The notes beneath the pieces were generated by a model, which ran no database searches, was not told the DNA's origin, and was given only the letters and a program-made list of their open reading frames with translations. The position numbers and the translations under genes were made by a program. Positions 23,985-36,939 of a stretch of DNA of 46,261 nucleotides are shown piece after piece; the first letter of the stretch is position 1, and every line of letters begins with the position of its first letter. This DNA is from Octopus sinensis (taxonomy: Eukaryota), in the NCBI RefSeq assembly GCF_006345805.1, contig NW_021834623.1:1-46261 (forward strand), in the 5' to 3' direction.

Positions 23985-24100
23985 CCTTATCTCTCTCTTT
24001 ATTTATTCGTGTTCCTTTCTGTTGAATAGCGTAGGCTAGGATCGTAAAAGACTTTCTAACATTTCCAAGCATCAAAATTAATACACTTGTTTGCTGTGTA
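23985..24100 (+). mobile_element. Penelope-like repeat fragment with a decayed minimal hammerhead-like motif
   Basis: 24014-24050 reads CCTTT-CTGTTGA-A-TAGC-GTAG-GCTA-GGATC-GTA-AAAG and is homologous to 17056-17020. Confidence 0.55.
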
Positions 24101-24101
24101 T

Positions 24102-24144
<43 letters not shown>

Positions 24145-24147
24145 ATA

Positions 24148-24194
<47 letters not shown>

Positions 24195-25656
24195 ATATAT
24201 ATATATATATATATAAGGTTCCCGGGCTACGTTTATTAGCCAAATTGTTCGTTACATGTTTGATTTAATTACATAGAAAATGGAGTAATCCTTTCCAAGC
24301 AACATAAATCTACATAAAGGCATGCAATGTAGATTTATTTGTAATTCTCTCACTAGCATATATATAAATATATACGTATATAGATATAGGTGTATGTTTG
24401 TGAGGCTTTCACATTGTTTTGTCTCTGCCTATGCATGTTTTCTTGGCGAAAACTATGAGAATTATTGTTTTCTACGTAAACTATATATTTGCATGCTGCA
24501 AGAATTGCGTGCTTGGACATTAAAAAGTCGTTTGAACATGCTTTTTCACTCGTATATACGGGGTTGGTTGTCCAAATTTTCAAGCGTTGTTTGGCAATGT
24601 AATTTTGATGCGCTGATTCGCAAAACAATGTACTCCCAGCTCTCGTCGTTTCTTGTTCAAATCTCAGGTCGTTAAGCTAATTGTTTCCCAGTCGCTATTA
24701 CACGAGCGTTGTCTGATTGCATTTTATTATGAAATGTTTTGCTCATACTGAGAGATTGTTTCAGCAAAACTGTTACTCACTTAACTTATTCGCGCACAGA
24801 AACATACGCATATTGGAACCCCAAAGTGTCTATGTATATACGCATACACACACACACACACACGCACACACACACACACACACACACGCACAGACACACA
24901 TACACACACAGAGTCATTTAATCATGTTTTCAATTACATTTAACCGCATAGAAGGCAAAAAAAAGAGAAAAAGAATGCACCATCGATTCGAATTCTCAGT
25001 TTAAGCAAAATTGGTGTCTCGTAAATTTACAATATTCACAAGTGAAAAATATTGTCGCGTACTATTTCCTATTATTAACTTTCTACAATGTATATCATTA
25101 CAGCAATTTTTGCAGTCAGCACGTTGACATATCATTAATTCCTGAATGTAAACTTAATAAACATTTGGTACTGTTGGAAACATAATGATGGGTTTCTCAA
25201 ATATCCACACCTTCGAATTTTAAGAATTATGAGCAAAAATAAAAATAAAAAAACAGACAGATAAGAAATAATTAGAAATAAACAAAGCAAAATATGAGTA
25301 TACCAATACAAACATACAAATTTAATAGCGAATATAATGGCCTATAGAAGTGTAACCTTTTATAGATGTGTCGCTTATAATTAAATCTAATTTCATGTTT
25401 CCGAACGAATGTGTTATAATAGCGCAGAAAAGGTTGACTAATTAACTAAAAATTAAAACATGAGAATATGATTAGATGCTAATTCCTATACTAATCTTAA
25501 AATCCATTTACAAAGATATTCCAGCTGAAGGGTATAGAGATATAATAATTAGGATTAAACACGAAACAGTCTTGAAAATGTTTCGCAATTTCATTTTCAA
25601 AGACAACACTGGTAAAAAAAATATCTGTCAATGTCACATACAAAAGTAAAAATATA

Positions 25657-25659
25657 ATA

Positions 25660-25746
<87 letters not shown>
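25657..25746. repeat. (TAA)n array
   Basis: Directly visible. Confidence 0.95.
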
Positions 25747-25799
25747 TTTATAGTATTATTAATACGGTATGGCTTACCATATATAATGCGTCCCTTTAT

Positions 25800-25890
25800 T
25801 TCCTGAGATCAAATCTACTCAGTTCGATTTTATCTTTAGCATATATGGGATCGATAAAATTAATCAAGTACCAGCCATGTCCTAGGGGAC
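25800..25890 (+). mobile_element. SINE family B core fragment
   Basis: ctgagatcaaatct...gggatcgataaaat...aagtaccag matches the family B core. Confidence 0.5.
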
Positions 25891-26931
25891 ACTTATTAAT
25901 TTAATGGACGCTATATTACCTTACCAAATTTGAGGCGTATATGTCAATGTTAAAAATCAATATTATGTATTCAGTATATTTTATTGTTTGCGCTCTTTTA
26001 CTCTGAGCTTTTCATATCAGAATTGTCGGTTTTATTGTTGTTAGTTTTGCGTTGTAACATCCCTGTGATGTGTTCTTTGATCAGCATTGTATCAGTCTAG
26101 GTTATTTAACCGTCGAAGATACCCAGACAAACATCCAATCTACGTAACTAGAACTATTTAATTATCACATGCTCTAAACTCATAAAGAGACTTTATCGTT
26201 TGCCATTTCCGAATCTGAATTATCCATCTAACCACAGTGTACCATCAACAGTAAACGTTCAAAGAAGTGTAAATGGGTATAGCTTTGTTATTCCCAAAGC
26301 CATAAGCTTTTTGTAATTTCGCAATGGAAGGGAAATATAATAGTAAGTGCAGGATAGAAATTGCAAAAACTCAATCTACTTGCTGATTAAGTGCTGCCAT
26401 TAAGTGAGGTTCCGTTACAAAACAATCTTCACTGCTTGAATAATTATATAAATATACATAGATATAATACATTTATTTCATACGTCGTGTGAGGCAATGC
26501 ATAATTACAACGTTTCGCTTTCTGTCCAAGCTTTAACACATTTTCCGCGTAATTGAGTGTCCATAAGCTGTATACTTTCAAATATTAGAGTGCAAGTCTG
26601 GCCAGTTGTGGGTCTGAGAAGGACCTGTGTATACAGGCAATAATGTCAATCAACTTTGAGGTCAATCAAACCATTATTATCAATCGAAGAGAATGTTTGC
26701 ATATGTAAAAGGAAAAGAGAGTGCCACACTTTGTGTTCGAAAACGTGTCAATGAATCTTTTCAGCAATGTCCATACCTTTAAAATGGTCTTCATGCTGTT
26801 GTACTTTAGCTACGCACAATTACAGCTATTGTGAGGGAGGAGAGATAGTTGATAGATTCGCCGCTGTTGCTGTTATTTGACTGATATTGTATTTTGTCGA
26901 TCCCGAGAGGAAGAGAATCAAAGCTGCTGTA

Positions 26932-27024
<93 letters not shown>

Positions 27025-27349
27025 CAAAAACAATAGAAAGGATTTGTAGCGAAACCAAGTCAGGTGAACTGCATCACCTGTATCACCAAGAAAACAAACA
27101 TGGACACTGTGTAGTATTATTCATACATTTGATGACAAATGCATGCGCTGTACATGAAAGTGAACCCGCTTCTGTCCGTCATCTCCGTCCCCATTCCCCT
27201 CTCTCTCACTCTTTGTAAATTAAGTTCTTAGGTTTATCGCAATATTTGAATATATACATTAATCGCACTTTCTAAATGATCACCTACTGAATGTTTCTTC
27301 ATCTTCCTCATATATTACAATCATTAACAACATTACTATTATTATTATT

Positions 27350-27773
27350 GAATGAGAGAGCAGTGCATGCCATCAAAGTGACACTGGGGTACAATTATAC
27401 GAAGCCCAGTATATCCATCATGACTACCCGTCTGATATGGGCACATGCATCACAACCATATGTGCGCGAGATGGTGAAACACCGCATGACCTTGCGCTGG
27501 TGGGGCTCAGTTAGAATTTTCCTCTTGTCGACTTACCCATCCAGCTCAAAAGGTCCCTGAATAAGGATTGTTTAAGGATGATGAATGAAACACCCATGTT
27601 TCCAAAGGTGAATTATCCAAACCTCTAAGTATTCCTCTCAACACATGGCCATGATGCTCCTCCACTACTTCTGCTTGTGATCAGAGATGCACATATCGTC
27701 AGCCACTAAGGGACATACTCAACTGGTTAATGTCAAAAAACTGACAAGCAAATCTGTGGTATTGAGCAGAATA

Positions 27774-27775
<2 letters not shown>
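27350..27775 (-). mobile_element. Unclassified interspersed repeat ending in (TAA)n on the minus strand (possible retroposon 3' region)
   Basis: Non-coding, more GC-rich block bounded by (TTA)n tracts on both sides. It resembles an abundant octopus repeat as I recall it; unverified. Confidence 0.45.
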
Positions 27776-27815
<40 letters not shown>

Positions 27816-27863
27816 CATCATCATCATCATCATCATCATCATCGTTCTTGTTGTTGTTGTTGT
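27775..27863. repeat. (TTA)n-(TCA)n-(TTG)n ladder
   Basis: Directly visible. Confidence 0.95.
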
Positions 27864-27867
27864 AATC

Positions 27868-28044
27868 AAGGCAGCGAGCTGAGGCAGAATCGTTAGCACG
27901 GCGGGCAAAATGTTTAGCGGCATTTCGTCCGTCCATATGTTCTGAATTAAGATTCTGTCGATTTCAACTTTGACTAACATCCTTTCGGGGTATATAAAAT
28001 TAAGTACCAGTGAAAGACTAGGGTGAATGTAATCGACTAGTCCC
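27868..28044 (+). mobile_element. SINE family B (tRNA-type)
   Basis: aaggcagcgagctg..gcagaatcgttagcacg...ttctgaattaagattctg...cctttcgggg...aagtaccag aligns with 28861-29005. Confidence 0.8.
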
Positions 28045-28049
28045 GTTCC

Positions 28050-28825
28050 TCTAGTTTCTAACTTCTTTATGATATTCTGCTGGTCAAGGTTAACGTTAGA
28101 TGTTTCTCTCATTTTGCATTTGATAAAGTAGCTTTTGCAAATTTATCGAGGCCAAATTGCATCCTGATATCATCACTGGATTGTTTAACAACTGCTTTTT
28201 ATCCCTGTAGTTATTGGTTATCTTTTGCAAAGAGCTGTAAATCATCCTTGTAAGTGAGATGATTTATATTTTTATCAAACTGTTTATAACCATACTGTAA
28301 ATTATTGAGCAATTTCGTGAGAGGTATTAAGGCTAGACAGAAGAGGAGTGGTAACTGGGAATCACCCTGGAAAATGTCACATGGAATTCTTACAACTCCA
28401 GCTTTGAGAGATTCATTGTCACTGTTCGCAGTTAGTGTGGTTCTCAATGATCTCATACATACAGACAAAAAGCTTCGCAGAGTAGGCGCTATTTTATACA
28501 TTTCCAGACATTTCTTAATCCAGCTTTGAGGTAGGGCTATCAACAGCCTTTTTACAGTCTATCCAGGCTAGTCACACGTTTCTGTGTCGTTTATGACAAT
28601 CTTCCAGGATTATCTTATTGATGAGTAGCTAATCCTTACAACCAATATGATCCACGTTTACATCCTATAGGTAAATTCAGTCAAGACGGATGTTAGCGTT
28701 TTATAAATTGTTGTTAAGCAGGTTATGGGTCGATAACTTTTTGGTTCATTTGTTTCTTCATGTTTTGGAAATAGGAATGTTATACCATTAACTAGCCAAT
28801 AGGGAATCATACGAGGATGTCGCAG
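28050..28825 (-). pseudogene. R4/Dong-like non-LTR retrotransposon reverse transcriptase remnant
   Basis: Minus-strand translations in order: IPYWLVNGITFLFPK...PKSYRPITCLTTIYKTLTSVL; GCKD*LLINKIILEDCHKRHRNV*LAWIDCKKAVDS; LPQSWIKKCLEMY...IFQGDSQLPLLFCLALIPL...INHLTYKDDLQLFAK. The YKDD is the decayed catalytic motif. Stops, frameshifts and a deletion are present. Confidence 0.9.
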
Positions 28826-28860
28826 TAGTTGTAGTAGTAGTAGTAGTAGTAGTATCCTTA

Positions 28861-29005
28861 AGGCGGGGAGCTGGCAGGAAACCACAGCGGGCGAAATTGT
28901 TAGCTGCGTTTCGCCTGTCGCTACGTAATGATTTCAAATTCTGCCGAGGTCGACTTTACTTTTCCTCCTTTCGGGGTCGATAAATCAAGTACCAGCTGAG
29001 TACAG
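28861..29005 (+). mobile_element. SINE family B
   Basis: aggcggggagctggcag...ttcaaattctgccgaggtcgacttt...cctttcggggtcgataaatcaagtaccag. Confidence 0.8.
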
Positions 29006-29050
29006 GCCTTGTGCTTATAGTCGAAAGGTTCGTTATTAGAATCCTTATTT

Positions 29051-29087
<37 letters not shown>

Positions 29088-30149
29088 ATTTCCCTCTAAT
29101 TTGGTCGTATGCCTGTTGGTCTCGATGCCTTCCAGTCAGAATTTTGATCAATAAATATTTCTTCATCACACACTCTCATCATCATCAATGCATGCCACCC
29201 TATCTTCCCTCTCCCTCTCCTTCTTTCTTAGCTTTCGAGAAATTATTCTACGGCTTCCTTCAACCATCTGTTTGATCGTCGTCCTCTTTCTAACACACAC
29301 ACACAAGCAATCTTGCAATCCTTTCTTTCTTTCTTTCTTTCTTTCTTTCGTTTTGTCTTTCCTTCTCTCTCTCTCTCTCTCTCTCTCTCCTACTCTTTGT
29401 TTAACAATTGTCTTCTTACAAGGATACAAAAGTTAATTACATTTTCAACAATAATAAGACAAAGTAATTATTAATTAATTATCTAATTAATTCGTTAATA
29501 TATCTCTCAGGTGACGTCCATACTAATATACTCAAAGAAAACAACACGCAGCTTGTTGGTTGAGGGAAACATTTGTCAGCCATCAAACTATTGGCAGTGG
29601 TTCGCATTGATTTGACAGTATAGATGTGCGTTTTGAGGATAAAATATTTAAAATCACAAGAACTTTGTCCGCGTGTCAAATGAAACGATTTTGTCGTCGT
29701 TACAGAAATGCGCCCCAAACGAAGTCTTAATCTCAGCAAAAATTGCATGTCTCTTATGTGATAGTTTTGGACACAGGAAAACGTAAAATAAATATCAAAA
29801 CACATAAAAAGAAATATTAGAATTCAATGCTGTGAATTATGATTACATATTACGTGCTTTAGTCATTAGACTGCGATAATGTTAGGACACTGCTTTGCAG
29901 AGTTGAAGAAATATATCCGAGTAATTATCTTAAATCTGCTAGGTATTCTGTCGGAGAGATGCCGAACCGCTAAATCAAAACGAATTAAAAATGTCACAGG
30001 AGTTGTGAAGCTGTACTGGGTCATAAACATAATGACGCATACGCACACACGCACACTCACACACACATACACACACACCCATACATACAAATGCACATCT
30101 ATATATACAACAGGCTTCCACTCAGTTTACATATGCGAAAGTCCTTTAG

Positions 30150-30255
30150 AAAGCAATGATTGTTCCGCACTATCGTAAAAGACACTTGCGCAGGTTGTCG
30201 TGCAATGTGTTTCAAACCAAAGCCACATGGTTGCAAAATGAATTTTTTCACAACA
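30150..30255 (-). mobile_element. SINE family A fragment
   Basis: ctatcgtaaaagacacttgcgcagg...ccacatggttg matches the reversed family A head and core. Confidence 0.55.
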
Positions 30256-30289
30256 CATTCCTATCTATGATTTTAAATATTCAACCGCG

Positions 30290-30700
30290 TTTAGTTTACT
30301 CCATATTGTCGCTTACATCATTCTTGATGTTTAACATCCAGTCAGGTCATAAATCGGCAGATCTAATTTCAAATTCATTCCAAATGTGACAATCAGCTAT
30401 TTTCAGTTTGATGGACATATATGGTCTATGATGGTCTTCTCCAAGATATTAGAGAGTAACAGATATGTTTTCGTTGTTGATTCTATCTTGACGATAATGT
30501 TAATAAATCCTGCCTACTTAAATGGAATTACTGGCCGTGTTACGTGCAATGATGTTTTTGTCAAATTTCAGTGAACTGACCTTGGTCAAGAAATTTCAAC
30601 AGGAACCAACCCATATTTTAATTGAAAATATTATACCTAGAATTACGCTGTCGGTGAGAATTAAGATAGATACAGATTATATATCTAGTCAGGTGGGTAG
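30290..30700 (-). pseudogene. Decayed CR1/L2-like reverse transcriptase N-terminal remnant
   Basis: Minus-strand LDQGQFTEI*QK, PVIPFK*AG and SNILEKTIIDHI resemble the G.LP..WK.A.V.PI.K.G...SK.LEKII.DHI RT pattern. Many stops. Confidence 0.45.
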
Positions 30701-30810
30701 CCACATAGTATATGTGGAACTATGCTATCTGTTGTTCGATCTATTAAATAAGTATTTGTCAATAATTCTCAAGCTATGTAAGTGCATCGAGCTGGTAGGA
30801 GAGTAGAACA

Positions 30811-30900
30811 TACTTGCTCATTGTACAATGTAGTGGGTATTGAATGCGAGTCTATGTGCTTCGCAACCAAAGTCCAAAACCGCAGAGCAAGCCGTGCTAC
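30811..30900 (-). mobile_element. SINE family A head fragment
   Basis: tacttgctcattgtacaatgtagtgggtattgaa...atgtgcttcgcaaccaa...ccgcagagc matches the reversed head. Confidence 0.5.
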
Positions 30901-32269
30901 CGTATAGAAAGAAAAGGGAAAGGAGTGATGCCTACTTAGGCGAGAAATGAACTTAGGAAAATCAGTCTTAGCTCGATGGTGCGAGGCGATTCTTACGCCG
31001 TTCTGTCACCGAGCTTGCTACGAAATGGTAGCAAAGAAATAAAGATATAAACATCATTTTCATAACCAAATAGGAAGCCCATTTCAAGGCATCTCCATTG
31101 AGATAGATTTATTTTATTAGATTCACACAGACACAGATACACGCACGGACACACAGGCACATATATACATATATATACACATACATATGTATGTATTTAA
31201 TTTTCTGCATTTATTTATCTTATCAATTAAATATGTTGATTCATCCATCCATCTAAGCAGCTTGTTTGTTCGCATCCTAACACATTCACTTACAATTTCA
31301 CACGTTCGTATTTTCTCTTTCTGAACGTCTTTTCATTTTTAAATCTACAATTCAAAAGTCTATCTTCTCCACCAGCCACACTCACAACTCCTCACTTTTA
31401 ATCTCTCCCAATCACTCCCACTCACATCTCACTCTCTTATACACACACATACACAGACAAATATAGATTTGTGTATATATATATATATATATATATATAA
31501 ATATATATATATATACATATGTCTTTCACGCACCTAATGCAAACGTTCTCTTTCTCGCTCCTCTTCATATAATACAACAAGGAGATTTACTGTCATTCGC
31601 CGGAATTTCAATGAGATGCAAATAGGAAAGGAATGTAAACACTTGGGGGAATGCGTACGTGTCAGCGTATTTTGTATATGTTCAGTGCGTATATGCTTCG
31701 GGAATGTATACGAGTGCACCAGTGCGAACATACAACGCGTTTACACGTAAGTGTCAGTATATAGGTATATATGTAGCATATGGATGATGAGTGCGGGTGT
31801 GTATACGTGTTGCTGTGTGCATATATTTGTATAACCGTGAAGATAAACGAACGCACACACGTATATCTAACTATATATGGGATTCTACTGCAATAATATT
31901 TTAGTACTTACATATAAAGTTTAGTGATTATTATTTTTTTTATCTAATCATGTGTCTACATCAATACTCATGTATGTGTGTGTGTGTGTGCGCGCGTGTG
32001 TGTTCGTGCGTATAAACACACACACACACACACACAGACACACATATATATATATATAAGTATGTATGAGTATAACTGTGTGTGCGTGTGTTCGTGTATA
32101 TATATATATATATGAGTGTGTGTGTGTGTTACGTATGTGTATTCACGTACATATTTATTGATATTTTCTCTACGACTTATTTCCATGAGTGTGAGTGTGC
32201 ACCTGTGCTTATATTTACTACACATACACACACACGTATGTATATATATGTACGTGTATATATATGTAC

Positions 32270-32310
<41 letters not shown>

Positions 32311-32796
32311 CATGCATATAATATATATATATATGTATATGCATGTGTATGTATATGTATGCGTTTGTGTACATATCTACATATATACATATATATACAT
32401 GCATATACATAAATGCAAATACAAAAATACAAGGAGATAAGTAGTGAGAAAGAGAGAGAGAGAGAAACGGAGAGAGAAAAAGTGAGAGATAGGAAGAAAG
32501 AGCCGTGAAACTGGAGATAATATACACACACACACAGAAAATGAAAATATTTTCCCCAAAATATACTACAGAGAAGATAACTCCATGTATAGTAATTATA
32601 TACGCAGTAAGAGATATATACACACATGACATCACATATATATATAAATGGTGTGGGCTTATGTGTTTGTGTACACATGCACACACACACACACACCACC
32701 ACCCCCATAAATATATACATAACATGTAAATAATAACATATATATAATCAGATATATATCTATCTATCTATTCTCTATCTACTCTATATAATATAT

Positions 32797-32829
<33 letters not shown>

Positions 32830-33329
32830 TTATTTTATTTTATAGAAGGAGCTTCTATAGGACTAGAACTGTTTCATTCAAAAGAAATCATCAGGAATCT
32901 AGGTGACAAGAATAGTTTTGGCATTTATACATTAGGCAGATTTAAAGTGGTGGTGGTGGGGGACTTTTGGGGTAGGCATGGCGCAAACTGTCTTTCTTAG
33001 GGGCTAGTGGTCAAAAGAATCAGTGATAAAGTAGATAAAAGAATAAATAGAATAAAGTTTTAGGTAAAAAAGAAGAATATCACTATATATATTACACATC
33101 CATATACATTATATACATACACACAATATATATATATGACATATACACATACATACATACACATATATATAATATACAACACCATATACACATACATATA
33201 CGTACACACCCATACACATACATGCCAAACTGCAAGCACACGCACACATATATCTACAAACATATATATATAAAAGAATATACACCCCCATACAGACACG
33301 CTCACATATATTTGCACACATATATATAC

Positions 33330-33382
<53 letters not shown>

Positions 33383-33666
33383 CATATATACATACATATA
33401 CATATGTATATACCTGCACACATATACACACCCATTTCTTCCCTTAATTTATTTTATTTTTATTTTTATTTTTATTTTGACCTACGAGGCCGGCACTGAT
33501 GTGAGACCCTCCCGAGGGAGCTAGCCGGTTTAAAAAAAAACCCTTTTATTGCCCCTCTCCCTTCCTTTCTATCTTTCTCCCCACTGATACGAACACAAAC
33601 ACTCACCCACGCACACACACTCACACGCACACTCATACACATACACACATATATATATTATATATC

Positions 33667-33710
<44 letters not shown>

Positions 33711-34394
33711 GATAACAGATAAAATGTATATGTATGTGCGTATGTATGTGTGCGTGCGTGTGAGTGTGTGTGTATGGAATCATAATTATGCACTCCTTAT
33801 ACGTTGTGTTTCTGCGTGTGCTTTCCTTTGCCTTCAAAAATATGCCCGTTTCGTAATTGTACGAAACATTAAGTAGTAAATCAATGTGGAGTTATATAGA
33901 TTCTATTGTTACAGTTGGGTAAGGGAAGCCTGAAACGGAGACCAGCAGTTGGCCGTGACGGTAATGCAGCAAATACTGAATCGAAGTATCAACGTTTCGA
34001 TATTACACTTATACTGTAATTTAATATTAATTGGTTCCTGCAATTTCTGTTAAGGTGAAGTACTCTGATATATCCCGTGGTTGTATTTTCGAACGAGTTT
34101 CTATTCTCCTAAGGAAAGTGACGCTAAATGATGAATGATAATTCACGCAGCTCCCCCGGTTATAGATACATACATTTAAATATATATATTATATTATGTA
34201 TATGCGTTTGCGTGTGTGTGTGTATAAATTAAGATACACAATAGCATGGAAATTTCACTCCTACGGCCTTTTCATCCCTGATGATATTTGGAAGTTAACG
34301 TTGGATGTTCTAAGAGCATTTGTATTCTAAACTAAAAGGAATCAGCTACAAAACAACTGTATAACATTCTATTACAGGAATCAAATATCTACCC

Positions 34395-34507
<113 letters not shown>

Positions 34508-34556
34508 CATAGGTGTATATATATATATATATATATAGTGTGTGTGTGTATATATA

Positions 34557-34601
<45 letters not shown>

Positions 34602-35608
34602 TATATATATATACATGTATGTATGTAGGTAGGTATGTAGATAAAACTTACTTGGAAAAGGATGCGTGGCGTTCGATCATATAATAATATGAATAATATA
34701 TATAAATATATATGCATATATACATACCTATATGTACATATCTATATACATATGTATATATACATGAATATATGGGTACTGGACACCAAAAGAACTTTGA
34801 ACACAACGAGAAGCGAAAACATAAAAACAAAAACATAGAAAACGAACTTTATTTCGAATAACGAAAAAAACAAACAGCGAAACGAGACATGCAGCATAAA
34901 GAATACTCCCCTTCTTCAGTTGTCCTTGCTTCATCTACTCCGCGTTAAGAAGGCAAGGACAATACGCGACTTCGTTGAAACAGTCCTTTCTGCAAAGCAA
35001 ATTAAATAAAATATGAGATTTTTTGCGGAGGGTGAAAGAGGTAACAAGAACAGGACAGTGAGAATAAAACAATAAAAGCAAACGGTGAAGGCTGTTAATT
35101 CAAGACTATAGAAAAATTATTATGAAGGCTAGGAAGTGGAGCTTACGAGAGGAGACAGGTATAAGCACGCGTTGTCTTTATGTATGTATGTATGTTTATG
35201 TATGTGTGTATGTGTCCAATTTCGAATGTTTTTCACCTATAGGGAGAAATCATCAAATGTGGACAGAAGCAAGTAGGTGATTAGTTCGCTCACAGTACTC
35301 AATTGATACTTATGTATTTCGACCTCGAATCAATTAAACGAAAAGTTTGTTCGGTGGAATTTAAAATCAGAAGTCTAAGAATAATAATGAGAACTACTGC
35401 TAATGATTATTTCTCCGATGTTCTAATGATTCTTCCAGTGTTTTGAAATGTTTGACTTGTATGCAAATTCTAAGTGCAATAATCCATTCAATGACGGTGT
35501 TTAAGGTGATTCTTGCACATTTTTAAATATGGTTCCGTAATCAATCTAATTTCAACTTTGTTGATGAATGTTGACACACACGAAACGGGTAAGAAACAAA
35601 GACAGAGA

Positions 35609-35661
<53 letters not shown>

Positions 35662-36236
35662 AGAGAGTAGGAGAGAGACAGGAAGATGACAGAAAAATAA
35701 TCAGAGAGCGCGAGAACGTAAGATATAAAGACAGAAAGCTGCTTTTTGAATGAATTATTTTGTTTGTTTGTTATTGTTTTGTCTTCATTTGTTCTGTTTT
35801 TTATATTTACGAAATGGGAGCGGATATGTATAAGGGTGAATAAGATCCCGCAGGAGGAACGGTGTGGTGTGATGAAGAGATCGGGCTGTATGTCAATATT
35901 GAACGGAAAACAATGTACGGGAAATGGAAGGTAGATTGTGTAAAGAGTAAGTTGAGGAAGAGAGAGAGAGAAATGTGTGAGTGTTGGAGTTCGGGGAATG
36001 GTGAAAGCGGTGTCGTTGGTGTTGTGAAATGTGTAGCTGTGGTGGTGTTGTTGTTGGTGGTAGTGGTGGAAACAGTACTGTTGGTGGTGGTAGTGGTTTT
36101 GGCAATGATGGGGATGGCGATCGTCGAGAGATTTCAAGAGAAAGGGATACCGTGATCGAAGCGGGAACCTAGTTATGAAGGTGAGGATAGCAATAAACAT
36201 ATAGGTAGGTAGATAGATAGACAAGGAGAGAGATAT

Positions 36237-36267
<31 letters not shown>

Positions 36268-36553
36268 AAAAGCGAGAAAGAGAAGTTATGCATGTGCTTG
36301 AGAAAGTGAGAGAGATACTGAGATAGAGCTAAAAGAGAGAAACATGGGGAGAAAAATTAAAATGCATAAAGTTATTCGGCGTGTGTATGTGTGTGTTCAT
36401 GCTCAACAAACGCACACGCACACCCTCATTCTGTGCGGTTCTGTCTCTCCATCCCTTCTCTCTCTCTCTTTCTGACTGTCTGTCTCTCACTCTCCCTCCT
36501 CCATTTCTTTCTAATTCAATCACACTTACTCCGCATCATACATTCACACATAC

Positions 36554-36588
<35 letters not shown>

Positions 36589-36729
36589 TTATGTACGTAT
36601 GTATTATGTATGTAAGTATGTGTGTATGTATAAATATATATACACATATACATAAACACACATACATATACTACACAGCACATACATATACATACACGCA
36701 CATAAATATACGCACACACACCTTTATAG

Positions 36730-36762
36730 ATATATATGTATATATATATATGCATGTATATG

Positions 36763-36856
<94 letters not shown>

Positions 36857-36869
36857 ATATATATAATAT

Positions 36870-36935
<66 letters not shown>
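36730..36935. repeat. Long (TA)n microsatellite
   Basis: Directly visible. Confidence 0.95.

Positions 36936-36939
<4 letters not shown>

Noticed and set aside
24304-24338. Perfect 12 bp inverted repeat ATAAATCTACAT/ATGTAGATTTAT
   Set aside because: Too short and AT-rich for a miRNA precursor, and plausible by chance.
31968-32720. 250 aa minus-strand ORF and the overlapping YI/CV/HT-rich ORFs
   Set aside because: These are translations of (TA)n, (TG)n, (CA)n and (AG)n tracts, which lack stops in some frames.
34061-34098. Shares tactctgatat and cgaacgag with the ribozyme flank at 19081-19120
   Set aside because: The intervening and flanking sequences do not align and there is no core.
35541-36293. 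250 aa minus-strand ORF
   Set aside because: It is built from (CT)n and CAC/CAA low-complexity sequence and has no recognisable domain.
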